Notes: generated from the sequence alone by a model not told the origin. A stretch of 64,000 bases of DNA from Candidatus Bathyarchaeota archaeon (GCA_963780185.1 CAWABA010000001.1:32001-96000), one strand, 5' to 3'. Counted from the stretch's first letter, positions 21,092 to 31,734 are shown. A program made the numbers and translations.

Positions 21092-21673
21092 TTGAAAATG
21101 AGCAATGAATATTTAGCTAAACTAGCAAACCCTGCCCCGCTTGGACTACTCGGTTTCGGTTTAACCACCGTTCTACTCAATCTCGCTAATGCTGGCGCTT
21201 TTCCGTTAGACACAATGATTCTCGCAATGGGCATCGCCTACGGTGGAATCGCGCAAATCATTGTTGGTGCAATGGAGTTCAGAAAAGGCAACACTTTCGG
21301 CACCGTCGCGTTCACATCCTACGGCTTATTCTGGTGGAGTTTCGTCTTGCTTTTGCTTCTGCCCAAATTCACAGGGTTCGCAGGACCATCTGCTGCTTCT
21401 CTCGCTGCGTACTTCATAATGTGGGGAATCTTCACATTTGGAATGTTCTTCGGCACACTGAAAGCTAACCGTGCACTGCAATTCGTGTTCTTGAGCCTAA
21501 CAATCTTGTTCGTCATCCTAGCCATATCTCAATATGCTGGAAGCGCTACATTTACAAAGATAACTGGAGTCGAAGGCGTCATCTGCGGATTAAGCGCAGT
21601 CTACCTTGGCATAGCCGAAGTCCTGAATGAATCGCACCAAAAAACTATCCTGCCAATTTGCCCGACTCACTAG
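21092..21673 (+). CDS. Acetate uptake permease, SatP/GPR1/FUN34/YaaH family
   Basis: [29 protein letters not shown]. Confidence 0.93.
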   Translation: MKMSNEYLAKLANPAPLGLLGFGLTTVLLNLANAGAFPLDTMILAMGIAYGGIAQIIVGAMEFRKGNTFGTVAFTSYGLFWWSFVLLLLLPKFTGFAGPSAASLAAYFIMWGIFTFGMFFGTLKANRALQFVFLSLTILFVILAISQYAGSATFTKITGVEGVICGLSAVYLGIAEVLNESHQKTILPICPTH

Positions 21674-21757
21674 AAACCCACAGTTCTTTTTTTATTTTGT
21701 AATAAAACTACTGAAAAACTTATATTCTCAGGAGCTTACCATACCCAGCAATTTAGG

Positions 21758-23725
21758 TTGAGCGAAATGTCAGAATCTAGTTTACCCTTCGACGAGAAGT
21801 ATAGTCCAAGTATCGCAAAATTTTCTAATGGAGAAAAAAGAAAACAAGAATCAGAAAAAGCGCTGAAGAATCCGCAGGCTTACTGGGCTGAGAAGGCAAA
21901 AGCCATCGATTGGTTAAAGCCTTTCAGCAAAGCCCTTGATGATTCAAACCCGCCGTTCTTCAAGTGGTTCCCAGATGGGGAACTAAACATTTGCTATAAC
22001 GCTTTAGACAGGCACATCAAAGGTCCCCGCAAAAACAAGCTTGCTTACATTTGGGAAGGCGAAATGGGTGAAGTAAAAACTTACACTTACTATCAGCTTT
22101 ACCGCGAAGTAAACAAGTTTGCAAAAGCACTCAAAGACCTCGGCGTCAAAAAAGGCGACCGCGTCGCAGTTTTCCTCCCAGTTATCCCCGAGTTGCCAAT
22201 GGCTCTGCTTGCAACCGCAAGAATAGGCGGAGTTCACACTGTAGTCTTTTCAGGATTCAGCGCTGAAGCCTTAGCAGACAGAATAAATGACTGTGGAGCA
22301 AAAGTCCTTATCACGGCAGACGGCTCGTTCCGAAGAGGAAAACCCGTAGGCATCAAAGACAACGCCAACCGTGCAATGCCTCTTATGGCCAACATCGAAA
22401 AAGTAATCGTTGTAAAACGCACTGGTCAACCTGTCCAGATGAAAGAAGGCAGAGACATATGGTACCATGACGCACTGGCAAACGCAGGCGCAAGTGCCTA
22501 CGTGGAACCAGAAAGCATGAAATCCACCGATCCACTGTTCATTCTGTACACTTCAGGAACCACAGGTAAACCAAAGGGTGTTCAGCACGGAATAGGCGGA
22601 TACCTTGTTTGGGCTTACTGGACTCTAAAGTGGGCTTTTGACCCAAATGACGAAGACATTTACTGGTGCGTTGCAGACATCGGCTGGATCACCGGGCACA
22701 CATACAACGTGTATGCACCTCTCAGCCATGGAATCACTGCGTTCCTGTTCGAAGGTACACCAGATTACCCCGGACAAGACCGATGGTGGGACATGATCGA
22801 AAGACACGGCGTAACCATCCTTTACGGCACACCAACCGCTGTCAGAATGTTCATGAAATTCGGCGAACAACTCGTACTAAAACACGACCTAAGCACCCTG
22901 CGAATTTTGGGCTCCGTCGGCGAACCGATAAACCCCGAAGCGTGGAAATGGTACTACCGCGTCATAGGCAAAGAAAGACTCCCGATAATCGACACCTGGT
23001 GGCAAACTGAAACAGGCGGATTCATGATTTCTCCAGCCGCAGGCATAGAACTAACACCTCTAAAACCAGGCAGCGCAACCCTTCCGATGCCGGGAGTCAA
23101 CGCAGACATCTACGATGAGAAAGGGCAGCCAGTGCAAAAAGGCCAGAAAGGTGTGCTAGTACTCAAGTCACCTTGGCCGGGAATGCTTCAGACCATCTGG
23201 AAAGACCCTGACCGCTTCAAGCAAACTTACTACGGAAGATGGCCTGGAATCTACTTCTCAGGCGACTACGCAGTCCGCGACCCAGACGGGTACTTCTGGC
23301 TTCTGGGCAGATCAGATGAAGTTCTCAAAGTAGCAGGACACCGAATCGGCACCGTTGAGCTTGAAAGCGCATTGGTCGCGCACCCAGCAGTTTCTGAAGC
23401 AGCAGTCATGGGCAAAGAAGACGCAGTTAAAGGCGAAGTTCCAGTTGCATTCGTCGTTCTAAGAACCGGATTCACACCATCCGACGAACTCCGCGCCGAA
23501 CTCATAAAACAAATCAGAACCACAATCGGACCCATCGCAACCCCAGACGCAATAGTATTCGTGAACAAGATGCCTAAAACCCGCAGCGGCAAAATCATGC
23601 GGCGACTACTCAAAGCCGTCTTGACAGGAGCACCCCTCGGCGACACATCAACCATTGAAGACGAAGGCTCAATTGAAGACATCAAAGCAACATACAGTGA
23701 ACTGCGAAAGCAGCTCACCAAATAA
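21758..23725 (+). CDS. acs: Acetyl-CoA synthetase (AMP-forming)
   Basis: YTSGTTGKPKG, DTWWQTETG, GHRIGTVELES, PKTRSGKIMRR. Confidence 0.96.
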   Translation: MSEMSESSLPFDEKYSPSIAKFSNGEKRKQESEKALKNPQAYWAEKAKAIDWLKPFSKALDDSNPPFFKWFPDGELNICYNALDRHIKGPRKNKLAYIWEGEMGEVKTYTYYQLYREVNKFAKALKDLGVKKGDRVAVFLPVIPELPMALLATARIGGVHTVVFSGFSAEALADRINDCGAKVLITADGSFRRGKPVGIKDNANRAMPLMANIEKVIVVKRTGQPVQMKEGRDIWYHDALANAGASAYVEPESMKSTDPLFILYTSGTTGKPKGVQHGIGGYLVWAYWTLKWAFDPNDEDIYWCVADIGWITGHTYNVYAPLSHGITAFLFEGTPDYPGQDRWWDMIERHGVTILYGTPTAVRMFMKFGEQLVLKHDLSTLRILGSVGEPINPEAWKWYYRVIGKERLPIIDTWWQTETGGFMISPAAGIELTPLKPGSATLPMPGVNADIYDEKGQPVQKGQKGVLVLKSPWPGMLQTIWKDPDRFKQTYYGRWPGIYFSGDYAVRDPDGYFWLLGRSDEVLKVAGHRIGTVELESALVAHPAVSEAAVMGKEDAVKGEVPVAFVVLRTGFTPSDELRAELIKQIRTTIGPIATPDAIVFVNKMPKTRSGKIMRRLLKAVLTGAPLGDTSTIEDEGSIEDIKATYSELRKQLTK

Positions 23726-23797
23726 TTTCTTTTCTTTGTATCTTTTTTGTATCAAAAAATTTCTTAAAGCAACTTACGCAGAGCCTTTTTTGGTTGA

Positions 23798-26608
23798 CTA
23801 AGCGACGGCGGCTGCTTTGGTTTTTTTCTTGGTTGCCTGCTCTGAAACGTCTTGGGTTTGGGCGGTTTGGTTTTTCTCAGCAATATTTGGTTGAACGCCG
23901 CAAATGCTGTCGGGGTCTTCGTTTTTTAGGTTCAATGTTCCTCTAGCGGTTCCGTCGCCGAGGTATTCGAATTTGAAACCCATTTTGCTCATAAGATCCA
24001 TCGCCCGCGCGTTATCAGGAAGCACTATAGCGTAAACCTCTTCCAACCCTTTCTCTTTGGCGATGTCAAGCACGTAATCCACCAGTTTGGTGCCTAGGCC
24101 TAAACCTTGAAATTGGTCGCGTACGATGAAGGCGACTTCCCCGTTTTTCCCGTCGGATTCTATGCTTACGCGGGCGACGCCGAGGATTTTTCTTTGTGGA
24201 CTTTTCACAAGTTCGGCGACTATAGCTATTTCACGGTCGTAGTCTATGTTGCAGTAGCGCACAACTACTTCATGCGGTGTGTCTCTTAGTATCTCAAAGA
24301 ATCTGTAACGTATAGATTCCTCAGAGAACCCTCGGAACATGTCTAGCCACAGCGGTTCATCTTCAGGTTTTATGGGTCTAAGCAGCACTTCTTCCCCGCC
24401 TTTAAGAGACCAGATCGTCTCGTATTTTTTCGGGTACGGGCTAATCAGCATGTGCTCGTGCGGGTCAAATTTTTTGCAGACTGAATCTTTGTTGATGGCG
24501 ATGTGTGCGTCAAGGATGTAGGCTTCTTTCTCGCTTACCAGCAGCGGATTGATGCTGATTTCTTTTATCTGCGGAAAATCCACAAGCAGCTTGGAGAAGA
24601 GAAGCAGAGTTTCAATGACTTTTTTGATTTCAACGGGCGGCGTGTTGCCGTATCCTTTGAGAAGCTTGTAAACCTTGGTTTCTTCCATCATGCGGCGGAC
24701 AAGCGTGATGTTCAGCGGAGGCAGCCCGATGGAGTAATCCTTGAAGAGGTCTAAGCCTGCACCCGACATGCCGAACAAGATTACGGGTCCAAAAACCGGG
24801 TCGGATTTGCCTCCGATTATTAGTTCGTACCCTTTTTCCTCAATCATGTGTTGAATCATAACGCCGATTATCTGCGCGTTAGGCTTGTACGCCAATGCCC
24901 TTTGAATAAGGCTCTGGTAGGCTTCCCGAACCTCCCCCGGCGAATTCACGTTCAAAACAACTCCGCCCGCGGCTCTCTTGCTGGGAATTTGAGGCGAAAG
25001 AATCTTCAACACCACCGGGAACCCGAGTTCCTGCGCGGATGTAACGGCTTCGTCGGCGTTGTGGGCAACTAGGTCTTTTAGGATTGGGAAATTGTAGTAT
25101 TTGAGTATGCTTTTGGCTTCTTCTTCAGTGAGTATGTCTCGGTTTTCGAAAGCGGCGTTTCTAATTATCGCCATAACGGGACGTTTAGGTGGGGAAGCAT
25201 CAAGAGGTAGCTCTTCAGGTGTTTCATAGAGCAACTCGAGGTTTCGTTGGTAATTGTACATGTACATGTAGGTTTTTGTTGCTTGGTCAGGTGTCGAATA
25301 TGTTGGGATGTCGTTGGCGCTGAAGATTTTGTTGGCATGCATCACCGCGTCAAAACCCATGAAAGACGTCAAGATGGTTTTGTTCTTGTACGGCCTGCTG
25401 TTTATGAGGTCAACTATGGCTTGTGCTATTTCAACGGGTTCCGAACCAGCTTGCTGCGTAAAAATAATCAGTATCCCATCTACTGTTTCGTCGTCAAGGC
25501 ATGCTCCAACCGCAGCCCTGTAATAATCCGCTTTGGCATCCCCGACCACGTCGATGGGGTTGCCTTTGCTCCAGAAAGAAGGCAAAACACTGTCAAGCAC
25601 CTCCATGGTTTTATCGCTGAGCTTCGCCAGTTTCCCGCCTCGCGCAATCAAAGCGTCAGTAGCCATTACTCCAGCACCGCCTGCGTTGGTTATTATGGCA
25701 AGTCTTGACCCTTTCGGCAACGGTTGAGTCCCTAAAACCTGGGCAGCATTAAACAAGTCGTTTATTTCTTGGACGCGAACTATACCTGCACGTTTGAAGG
25801 CGGCGTCGTAGATGTCGTCTTCCCCTGCAACTGAGCCTGTGTGGGATGCAGCTGCTCTAGCGCTTTCGGGGTATTTGCCTGCTTTCACCACGATTATGGG
25901 TTTGGTTCTTGAAAAGTGTCTGGCGGCGCTCATGAATTTTCGGGCATCCGTTATCCCTTCGATATACATTATTATGCTCTTGGTTTTCGGGTCAGAACCA
26001 AAATAATCTATTAAATCTCCGAAGTCAACGTCAACCATTGAGCCGACAGAGGCAAAGTTGCTTAACCCGATGTTTTCATGGATTGCCCAATCAAGAATCG
26101 CTGAACCCAACGCGCCGCTCTGAGAGATGAACGCGATGTTGCCTGGCTTAGGCATCCTATCCAAAAAAGAAGCGTTAAGATTTATTCGTGGGCGGATTAC
26201 GCCGATGCAGTTGGGACCAATAACTCGGATGTCATATTTTTTTGCGGTTTCAGCAATCGCTTTCTCTAAGGCTTTTCCTTCAGGGCCCGTTTCTTTGAAT
26301 CCTGCGGAGACGATGATGACGCCTTTCACCTGCGCCTTCCCGCATTGTTCCATTACTTCCTGGACGGTTTTGGCAGGCGTCGCGATGATGGCTAAATCGA
26401 TAGGTTCAGAAATTTGGTCGACTGACTTGAAGGTTTTAACTCCGAAAATCTCGGGTTTTCGAATGTTCACAAAATAATATTTGCCCTCGTAACCCAACTG
26501 ACTAAAATTTTTAGCTAATAAGGACCCTACTGAGCCTTCAACGTCGCTGGCTCCTATTACGGCGACGCTTTGCGGGTTGAAAATCTTGTCGAGATTTTTA
26601 GTGACCAT
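23798..26608 (-). CDS. ADP-forming acetate-CoA ligase alpha/beta fused to GNAT (Pat/Pka-type lysine acetyltransferase)
   Basis: CoA-binding GPNCIG, SQSGALG, AASHTG, NPID; ATP-grasp region; C-terminal GNAT (IDYDREIAIV, QGLGLGTKL). Confidence 0.9.
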   Translation of the reverse strand: MVTKNLDKIFNPQSVAVIGASDVEGSVGSLLAKNFSQLGYEGKYYFVNIRKPEIFGVKTFKSVDQISEPIDLAIIATPAKTVQEVMEQCGKAQVKGVIIVSAGFKETGPEGKALEKAIAETAKKYDIRVIGPNCIGVIRPRINLNASFLDRMPKPGNIAFISQSGALGSAILDWAIHENIGLSNFASVGSMVDVDFGDLIDYFGSDPKTKSIIMYIEGITDARKFMSAARHFSRTKPIIVVKAGKYPESARAAASHTGSVAGEDDIYDAAFKRAGIVRVQEINDLFNAAQVLGTQPLPKGSRLAIITNAGGAGVMATDALIARGGKLAKLSDKTMEVLDSVLPSFWSKGNPIDVVGDAKADYYRAAVGACLDDETVDGILIIFTQQAGSEPVEIAQAIVDLINSRPYKNKTILTSFMGFDAVMHANKIFSANDIPTYSTPDQATKTYMYMYNYQRNLELLYETPEELPLDASPPKRPVMAIIRNAAFENRDILTEEEAKSILKYYNFPILKDLVAHNADEAVTSAQELGFPVVLKILSPQIPSKRAAGGVVLNVNSPGEVREAYQSLIQRALAYKPNAQIIGVMIQHMIEEKGYELIIGGKSDPVFGPVILFGMSGAGLDLFKDYSIGLPPLNITLVRRMMEETKVYKLLKGYGNTPPVEIKKVIETLLLFSKLLVDFPQIKEISINPLLVSEKEAYILDAHIAINKDSVCKKFDPHEHMLISPYPKKYETIWSLKGGEEVLLRPIKPEDEPLWLDMFRGFSEESIRYRFFEILRDTPHEVVVRYCNIDYDREIAIVAELVKSPQRKILGVARVSIESDGKNGEVAFIVRDQFQGLGLGTKLVDYVLDIAKEKGLEEVYAIVLPDNARAMDLMSKMGFKFEYLGDGTARGTLNLKNEDPDSICGVQPNIAEKNQTAQTQDVSEQATKKKTKAAAVA

Positions 26609-26771
26609 TCCGATTTAGCCCCTGAATATGTCCAGTGAATACTCTAAATTAAACTAGTCTACCGCAATATTTGATTATTATGAATCCAAAATTAAAAAAC
26701 TGACGCTAAGACGGCTCTTTGCGCGGAAAAGAACGCTTGTTTTTTAGATTGGACAAAAAAATAAAAGAAAA

Positions 26772-27767
26772 TTAGATGGGGTAAGCTCCGCAAACTTTGC
26801 AGAACTGTATTTTGGTTTTGATGTGGCTCTTGCATTTTGGACATTGGATGCCGCCGTTGTCTGGGAAGACGTCTTTGGGTTTGCCGAATTTTTTGCGGAA
26901 GACTTCGTAGTAGAGTAGCTGTTCTTTGTCTTGGATTTCAACGTCGTCTGCTGCTTTGATTGCTGCCTTCTTCTCCGCAAATTCCTTTTCGGTAATCATG
27001 TCGTTGAAGTAGGTTCTCAGCGTTTCTGTTCCTGTTCCTGCTTCAAGAGGCGCTTTAGGTCTCCAGATGACATCCATAGGAATCACGTCTTCGTAGGCTT
27101 TGCGCAGAATCCACTTGCTATATTTTACGCCGTTATACATGTTGATTTTGTATTTGATCGGTAGCTTCATTGCCCATTTCATGAATTCTGGGTCACGGTA
27201 AGGTGCCTTGATTTCCATTCCAAGAGATTCAGCCATGGGATCAGAGGAGAAACCCATTTCCGCCCACATTTCTTCTTGTTTCTTTGCAAACTCCGCTTCT
27301 GACAGGTGGAATTGCCATGGGTAGCCGAAGAGTTCGTCTAGCGCGTCGCCGGTGAATGCTGTTTTGTATCCTTTTGGCTTTAGCAGGGTTAAGCCGATGT
27401 AGACTGGTAGGCTGTTTCTGATTTCCATTGGATCGTATTTTTTGAGTGCTTCGACGACTTTGGGGTAATATTTCATTACGTCTTCTTTGCCGAACTGGTA
27501 GGTCTCTTGTTTTAGGTGTAAGAGCTCAACCATTCGTTTGACGTATTCGGTGTCTTTGGGTTGTCCGTGTTTAAAGGCTAAGGTGAGGCATGGGATGTCG
27601 GGTTTGTATTTTACTGCTTCATAAGCGATTATTTGGGTGTCGGTTCCCGCCGAAAACAAGAAACTGTCCGCCATGTTGTTTTTGACGACTTTGTTTACAA
27701 GCTTTCTGATTTGTGGTAGGAGTTTGTTAACTTCTGAAGGGTCTAGTGCCATATCTTTCCCTCGCAA
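26772..27767 (-). CDS. Asparagine synthase C-terminal (ATP-pyrophosphatase) domain protein with C-terminal Zn ribbon, no glutaminase domain
   Basis: FSAGTDT PP-loop variant, TGDALDELFGY, KWILRKAYED, WRPKAP, CPKC..CKVC. Confidence 0.85.
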   Translation of the reverse strand: MRGKDMALDPSEVNKLLPQIRKLVNKVVKNNMADSFLFSAGTDTQIIAYEAVKYKPDIPCLTLAFKHGQPKDTEYVKRMVELLHLKQETYQFGKEDVMKYYPKVVEALKKYDPMEIRNSLPVYIGLTLLKPKGYKTAFTGDALDELFGYPWQFHLSEAEFAKKQEEMWAEMGFSSDPMAESLGMEIKAPYRDPEFMKWAMKLPIKYKINMYNGVKYSKWILRKAYEDVIPMDVIWRPKAPLEAGTGTETLRTYFNDMITEKEFAEKKAAIKAADDVEIQDKEQLLYYEVFRKKFGKPKDVFPDNGGIQCPKCKSHIKTKIQFCKVCGAYPI

Positions 27768-27975
27768 TTATACCATGCTTGTCATTCCACGGATATTTAA
27801 GCTTACCGACTGCATACAAAAGCCGTGAAAACTTAAACATCTGTGTTGAAAGTGAACAAAATACTGAACAGTCGAGGTCTAACATGCATCAACATCATTT
27901 TGCCCGACAAAACATCACCTTTAAAAGTCAAAAATTGTCAGTCAATAGCTCAGCCCCAACACACAGAGGATCAAC

Positions 27976-28728
27976 GTGAAAGCAAGCATACTCCACATGG
28001 AAATACGCAACACCTTCCAAGCAAACCTAAGCGCAGCCAAAGCAGCAGTCGACAAAGCCTCAAAACAAAAACCAGCAATAATCGCGCTCCCAGAATACTT
28101 CACTGTCCCCAACTGCATGACAGACTTCACCGACGCACAAAAAATCTCCGAAGAAACCTGCGAAGAAACCCTCATTTTCCTGCAAAAAGAATCAAAACAA
28201 ATCGGCGACATCTACCTCCTCGGCGGCTCAGTTCTCCAAGAAGACAGTGGACAATACTACAACACAAGCACCCTGTGGAAGAGTGGCTCTCTTTTAGCTA
28301 AATACAAAAAAATAAACCCCATAAAAGCCGAAATCAACGCCGGCGTTGCCCGAGGCAGCCAACCCGTCGTAGTTGACACGGAAATCGGCAAAATTGGGCT
28401 GCTCGTTTGCGCTGACTCGTTTGACCCTGCCCTTGTCAAGCAGGTGGCGTCGATGGGTGCGGAAATCATTTCTCTTCCAGTTGCAGCAATGGGCACTCAT
28501 CCCGTGGTGAAGGGTCACCCGTTAACCGAGGGGATCGCGCGTACCTACGGCATGTTCTTGCTTAAGGTGGGAAACGTGTGTTCAAGCATGAGAGGCGGAA
28601 GAAGCGCAATCATCGCTCCATGGGGCATCCTAGGCGAAGTTACCGACGCGCCGAAAGACTCGATTTTAACCCGAGACCTCGACATGCAGCGGCTAAAAGA
28701 ATACCGCGCCAAACTCAGTAAAGCTTAG
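27976..28728 (+). CDS. Carbon-nitrogen hydrolase (nitrilase superfamily)
   Basis: LPEYF, YKKIN, GLLVCAD triad; GRSAIIAPWG. Confidence 0.9.
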   Translation: MKASILHMEIRNTFQANLSAAKAAVDKASKQKPAIIALPEYFTVPNCMTDFTDAQKISEETCEETLIFLQKESKQIGDIYLLGGSVLQEDSGQYYNTSTLWKSGSLLAKYKKINPIKAEINAGVARGSQPVVVDTEIGKIGLLVCADSFDPALVKQVASMGAEIISLPVAAMGTHPVVKGHPLTEGIARTYGMFLLKVGNVCSSMRGGRSAIIAPWGILGEVTDAPKDSILTRDLDMQRLKEYRAKLSKA

Positions 28729-29599
28729 CCCAACCGTCGACGATTCGGCTCATTTCCTTAAAATCATATTTCTCGAACCAATCCCGTAACTCACGGTTTT
28801 GAACAGCAAACCTGCAGACTTGCCTCGCGTTCTCAGAATCATGCACCAGCAGCAAAACAGCATCCAACTTGAGTTTGGAAATGTAAGCCACCGTTTTGAG
28901 TAAAACTTCAAGTTTTTCGTCTGTGGGCATTTCAGCACTTAACTCAACTACAACAGGCTTCTTCAAAGACGAAGCAAAATCCCTCGCCAGCATGATAGTC
29001 CAGTAATTAGTCAAGTAATCCCGCGATGAAAGCGGCACATGAAAATACTCAACCAACCCCGCAATAGCATCCAAATCCAAGCCGTACCGTTCTTTAGCAA
29101 GCACTGGGTCTGGGTAAATTTCCACTGCGAAAGTTCCCTTCACCAGTTCTTTGGCTTCTTGCAGAAAATTTGTAATTGTTTGGGCTCTCCACTGCGTCCA
29201 ATTTAAGCCGCTTTGCCTCCACAGCTCAACGCATCGGGGGCAGACACAGTATTCTTGGTTGGGGAAATGGTAAAGATTCAACGTGACGCCCAAAATGTTT
29301 TCTTTGCTTAGGCTTTCAATGTAATTCATCGCTTTAGCCCTGTAAGCTGGATGGGTAGGGCAAACAAAATCAAACGCCAAGTTTGAACGCCTGTTTCTGC
29401 GTAGTGCTGGACCAGTGTTTGACATGGCAACTAAGGTTGGGTCTTCACGTATCGCTTTAGCGTCACAAAAAACCGTAACATCGTTCTGCATGCCCTTCGC
29501 GGCTGGGAAACATTGTCCATCCGCCCATTTTGAGTAGTAAACGTGAATGTCGTAGCCCTCGACTTTCTCGGGCTTGTACGTAACTAAGCCTATCTGCAT
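28715..29599 (-). CDS. Uncharacterised putative TIM-barrel protein with CxCxxC, paralogue of 31819..32724
   Basis: GPALR..R.NL..D.VC.T.P, YCVCPRC, W..WRA....FL, PDP.L...R.G.D shared with the paralogue. Confidence 0.7.
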   Translation of the reverse strand: MQIGLVTYKPEKVEGYDIHVYYSKWADGQCFPAAKGMQNDVTVFCDAKAIREDPTLVAMSNTGPALRRNRRSNLAFDFVCPTHPAYRAKAMNYIESLSKENILGVTLNLYHFPNQEYCVCPRCVELWRQSGLNWTQWRAQTITNFLQEAKELVKGTFAVEIYPDPVLAKERYGLDLDAIAGLVEYFHVPLSSRDYLTNYWTIMLARDFASSLKKPVVVELSAEMPTDEKLEVLLKTVAYISKLKLDAVLLLVHDSENARQVCRFAVQNRELRDWFEKYDFKEMSRIVDGWAKLY

Positions 29600-29651
29600 A
29601 CTTCTCTATTTGATGCACGCAAACAATATATTCTTGGCGCTTTCTTAAATC

Positions 29652-29870
29652 TTGATTCAAATGGGCAAACTCCAGAAACAGGCTATTCTCATTGATACCG
29701 CTAAATGCACACCTTGCGCAGGGCTCATTTGCGTCGGCGTTTGCCCTCAGGGCGTTTTCGAAGAAGGCAAAAATAGGAAGCCGCAGATTGTTGATGTTGT
29801 CGAATGCACCAAATGTGGTGTCTGCGTGAATCTTTGCCCAGCAAAAGCCATTACTATAAGCAAACCCTAA
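29652..29870 (+). CDS. 2x[4Fe-4S] ferredoxin
   Basis: CTPCAGLICVGVCP and CTKCGVCVNLCP. Confidence 0.9.
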   Translation: MIQMGKLQKQAILIDTAKCTPCAGLICVGVCPQGVFEEGKNRKPQIVDVVECTKCGVCVNLCPAKAITISKP

Positions 29871-29895
29871 CAGGTGGTTAAGGCGGCGGGCTTGC

Positions 29896-30936
29896 ATGGA
29901 ACAGTTTAACCTTGCAGACAATGTGAGGCTTGTCATCAAAGAAAATGTACTAGCCGTAATTTGTGATAGTCCTTTAAAGACAGTTAGTTCAGCATTCTAT
30001 CAAGGCGGGCATAACCAGCTTAAAGCTGTCCTCAATGTAGGGGTGCCGGACGGATACAATGACCGCTCCTTGCACCTTGACCCGCTGGAACTAATCACCT
30101 CATCCGCAGCCAAACTTGGCTTAACCAAAGATTACCTTGCCATGGTCACAGCCGCCAAAATCCAAAACTACAGCCTCGTCACCAAAAAACTCGAAGACTT
30201 CTCAGTAAGCGTCGCAGCAACGGCGGGCTGCAAACACGGAGAATCCTCCGGAGAAGAAATGAACGTGGCGGAAATCGGCGGAGGCACCATAAACGTCATC
30301 GTCTTCATCGATGCTGACCCGTCAGATAGCTGCATGGTAGCATCCGTCATCACCGCAACCGAGGCAAAATCCGCAGTTCTCCGAGACTTCGATATCCGCA
30401 GCTTCTACACTGGCGACTCCGCAACAGGGTCAATAACCGACAGCGTCTCAGTGGTCACAAACGGCAAAGGCAAAGCAATCAACTACGCTGGTCCCGCATC
30501 GAAGCTAGGCAAAGCCGTTGGGTATTGCACCCGAAAAGCCGTTGCGGAAGCCCTCGTCAAGCAGGAGCCGTTTTGGGCAAGCCGAACAGTGCTGGACAGG
30601 CTCAAGGAGAGGCATCTTCCGCTGGAAAAGCTTGCGGCTGAAGTATCCAAAATCGAAGGCTTAAAGGTTGACGCCTCGGGTTTGGCTGAATTTCTAAAGA
30701 ATAACCCAGTTAGCCTCGCTTACCTGTTAGCTGCTGCAAAGATGGATGACGACGTAAAAAAGAACCTGTTGCCAGCGGAACTTGGCGATGCGGTTGAGCT
30801 GAGCAAATGCTTCGGCAACCCAGACTGTATCGCGGCTGATTGCTCTAAACTGCCTCGTTACGAGGAAGTTGATTTGCCTCCCTTCCTAAAACAAGCGTTA
30901 ATCAGAATCGTCAAGGCGGCTCTTATCAAGCATTAG
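29896..30936 (+). CDS. cbiZ: Adenosylcobinamide amidohydrolase with C-terminal extension
   Basis: VSSAFYQGG, MVTAA, GTINV, TATEAKS, ATGSITDS. Confidence 0.85.
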   Translation: MEQFNLADNVRLVIKENVLAVICDSPLKTVSSAFYQGGHNQLKAVLNVGVPDGYNDRSLHLDPLELITSSAAKLGLTKDYLAMVTAAKIQNYSLVTKKLEDFSVSVAATAGCKHGESSGEEMNVAEIGGGTINVIVFIDADPSDSCMVASVITATEAKSAVLRDFDIRSFYTGDSATGSITDSVSVVTNGKGKAINYAGPASKLGKAVGYCTRKAVAEALVKQEPFWASRTVLDRLKERHLPLEKLAAEVSKIEGLKVDASGLAEFLKNNPVSLAYLLAAAKMDDDVKKNLLPAELGDAVELSKCFGNPDCIAADCSKLPRYEEVDLPPFLKQALIRIVKAALIKH

Positions 30937-30963
30937 TTGATCCAATGTTGAGATTAGTTTGCG

Positions 30964-30983
30964 GTACTATTCCACAATAGTAC
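30964..30983. promoter_or_regulatory. Inverted repeat GTACTATT-N4-AATAGTAC, putative operator
   Basis: Perfect 8-bp arms, ~60 bp upstream of the HTH regulator 31042. Confidence 0.5.
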
Positions 30984-31041
30984 ATTCCCTTACAAATAGT
31001 AATAAAAACGGGTAGGCAAATACGTCTGAAGGGAACCCAGC

Positions 31042-31734
31042 TTGAATTTGCGCAAAGCCTCGCTCGCATTAACATTGGCGTTCGTTATTGCTTTTTCATG
31101 CGTAGCTCTGATTCAACTGGAAAAACACAACTCATCAAGTTTCAAACTGAATGCCCCTTTCAACTCTAAATTCCCTGGGCAGGGTCATTCTGAATCAGTT
31201 TTCGCCGCGACCAGTTACGTATCCAGTCAAGGCGCCCTCGAAGACAAAGCCAAAGAATCGCCTCTCCCACTAATCAACAATTCAACACGTGCTGAAGTGT
31301 ACGACTTCATTGACACAAACCCAGGCATCCAGTTTAGGGGCATATGCGCGGGACTAAACATAGCAATAGGGACTGCCGAGTTTCATTTAGGTGTCCTCAA
31401 AAAAGCTGGTTTAATCTCGTTTATTCGTGACGGGAAATATAAACGGTTTTTCGTAACGAAAAAATTCTCGCTGAAGGAAATGGAGTTTATTTCTCTTCTA
31501 AGACATGAAACTCCGAGAAAGATTCTTGAGCGAATTAACGCCGAGACCGCAATTTCTCACTGCAAATTGGCCTCGCAGTTGTCAATTACTTCGCAGGGGC
31601 TAACTTGGCAGATGAATAGGCTAAGAGAAGACGGAATCATCAACGGAAGAATCGATGGGGTAAAAGTCACGTATACCTTAAATGAGGCGTGCCTCCCGAT
31701 GTTAGCCAACCTCCTCTCTCTGACACGGGAATGA
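31042..31734 (+). CDS. Double winged-helix transcription regulator with N-terminal TM/signal segment
   Basis: TRAEVYDFIDTNPGIQFRGI..HLGVL; second HTH LASQLSITSQGLTWQMNRL. Confidence 0.85.
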   Translation: MNLRKASLALTLAFVIAFSCVALIQLEKHNSSSFKLNAPFNSKFPGQGHSESVFAATSYVSSQGALEDKAKESPLPLINNSTRAEVYDFIDTNPGIQFRGICAGLNIAIGTAEFHLGVLKKAGLISFIRDGKYKRFFVTKKFSLKEMEFISLLRHETPRKILERINAETAISHCKLASQLSITSQGLTWQMNRLREDGIINGRIDGVKVTYTLNEACLPMLANLLSLTRE

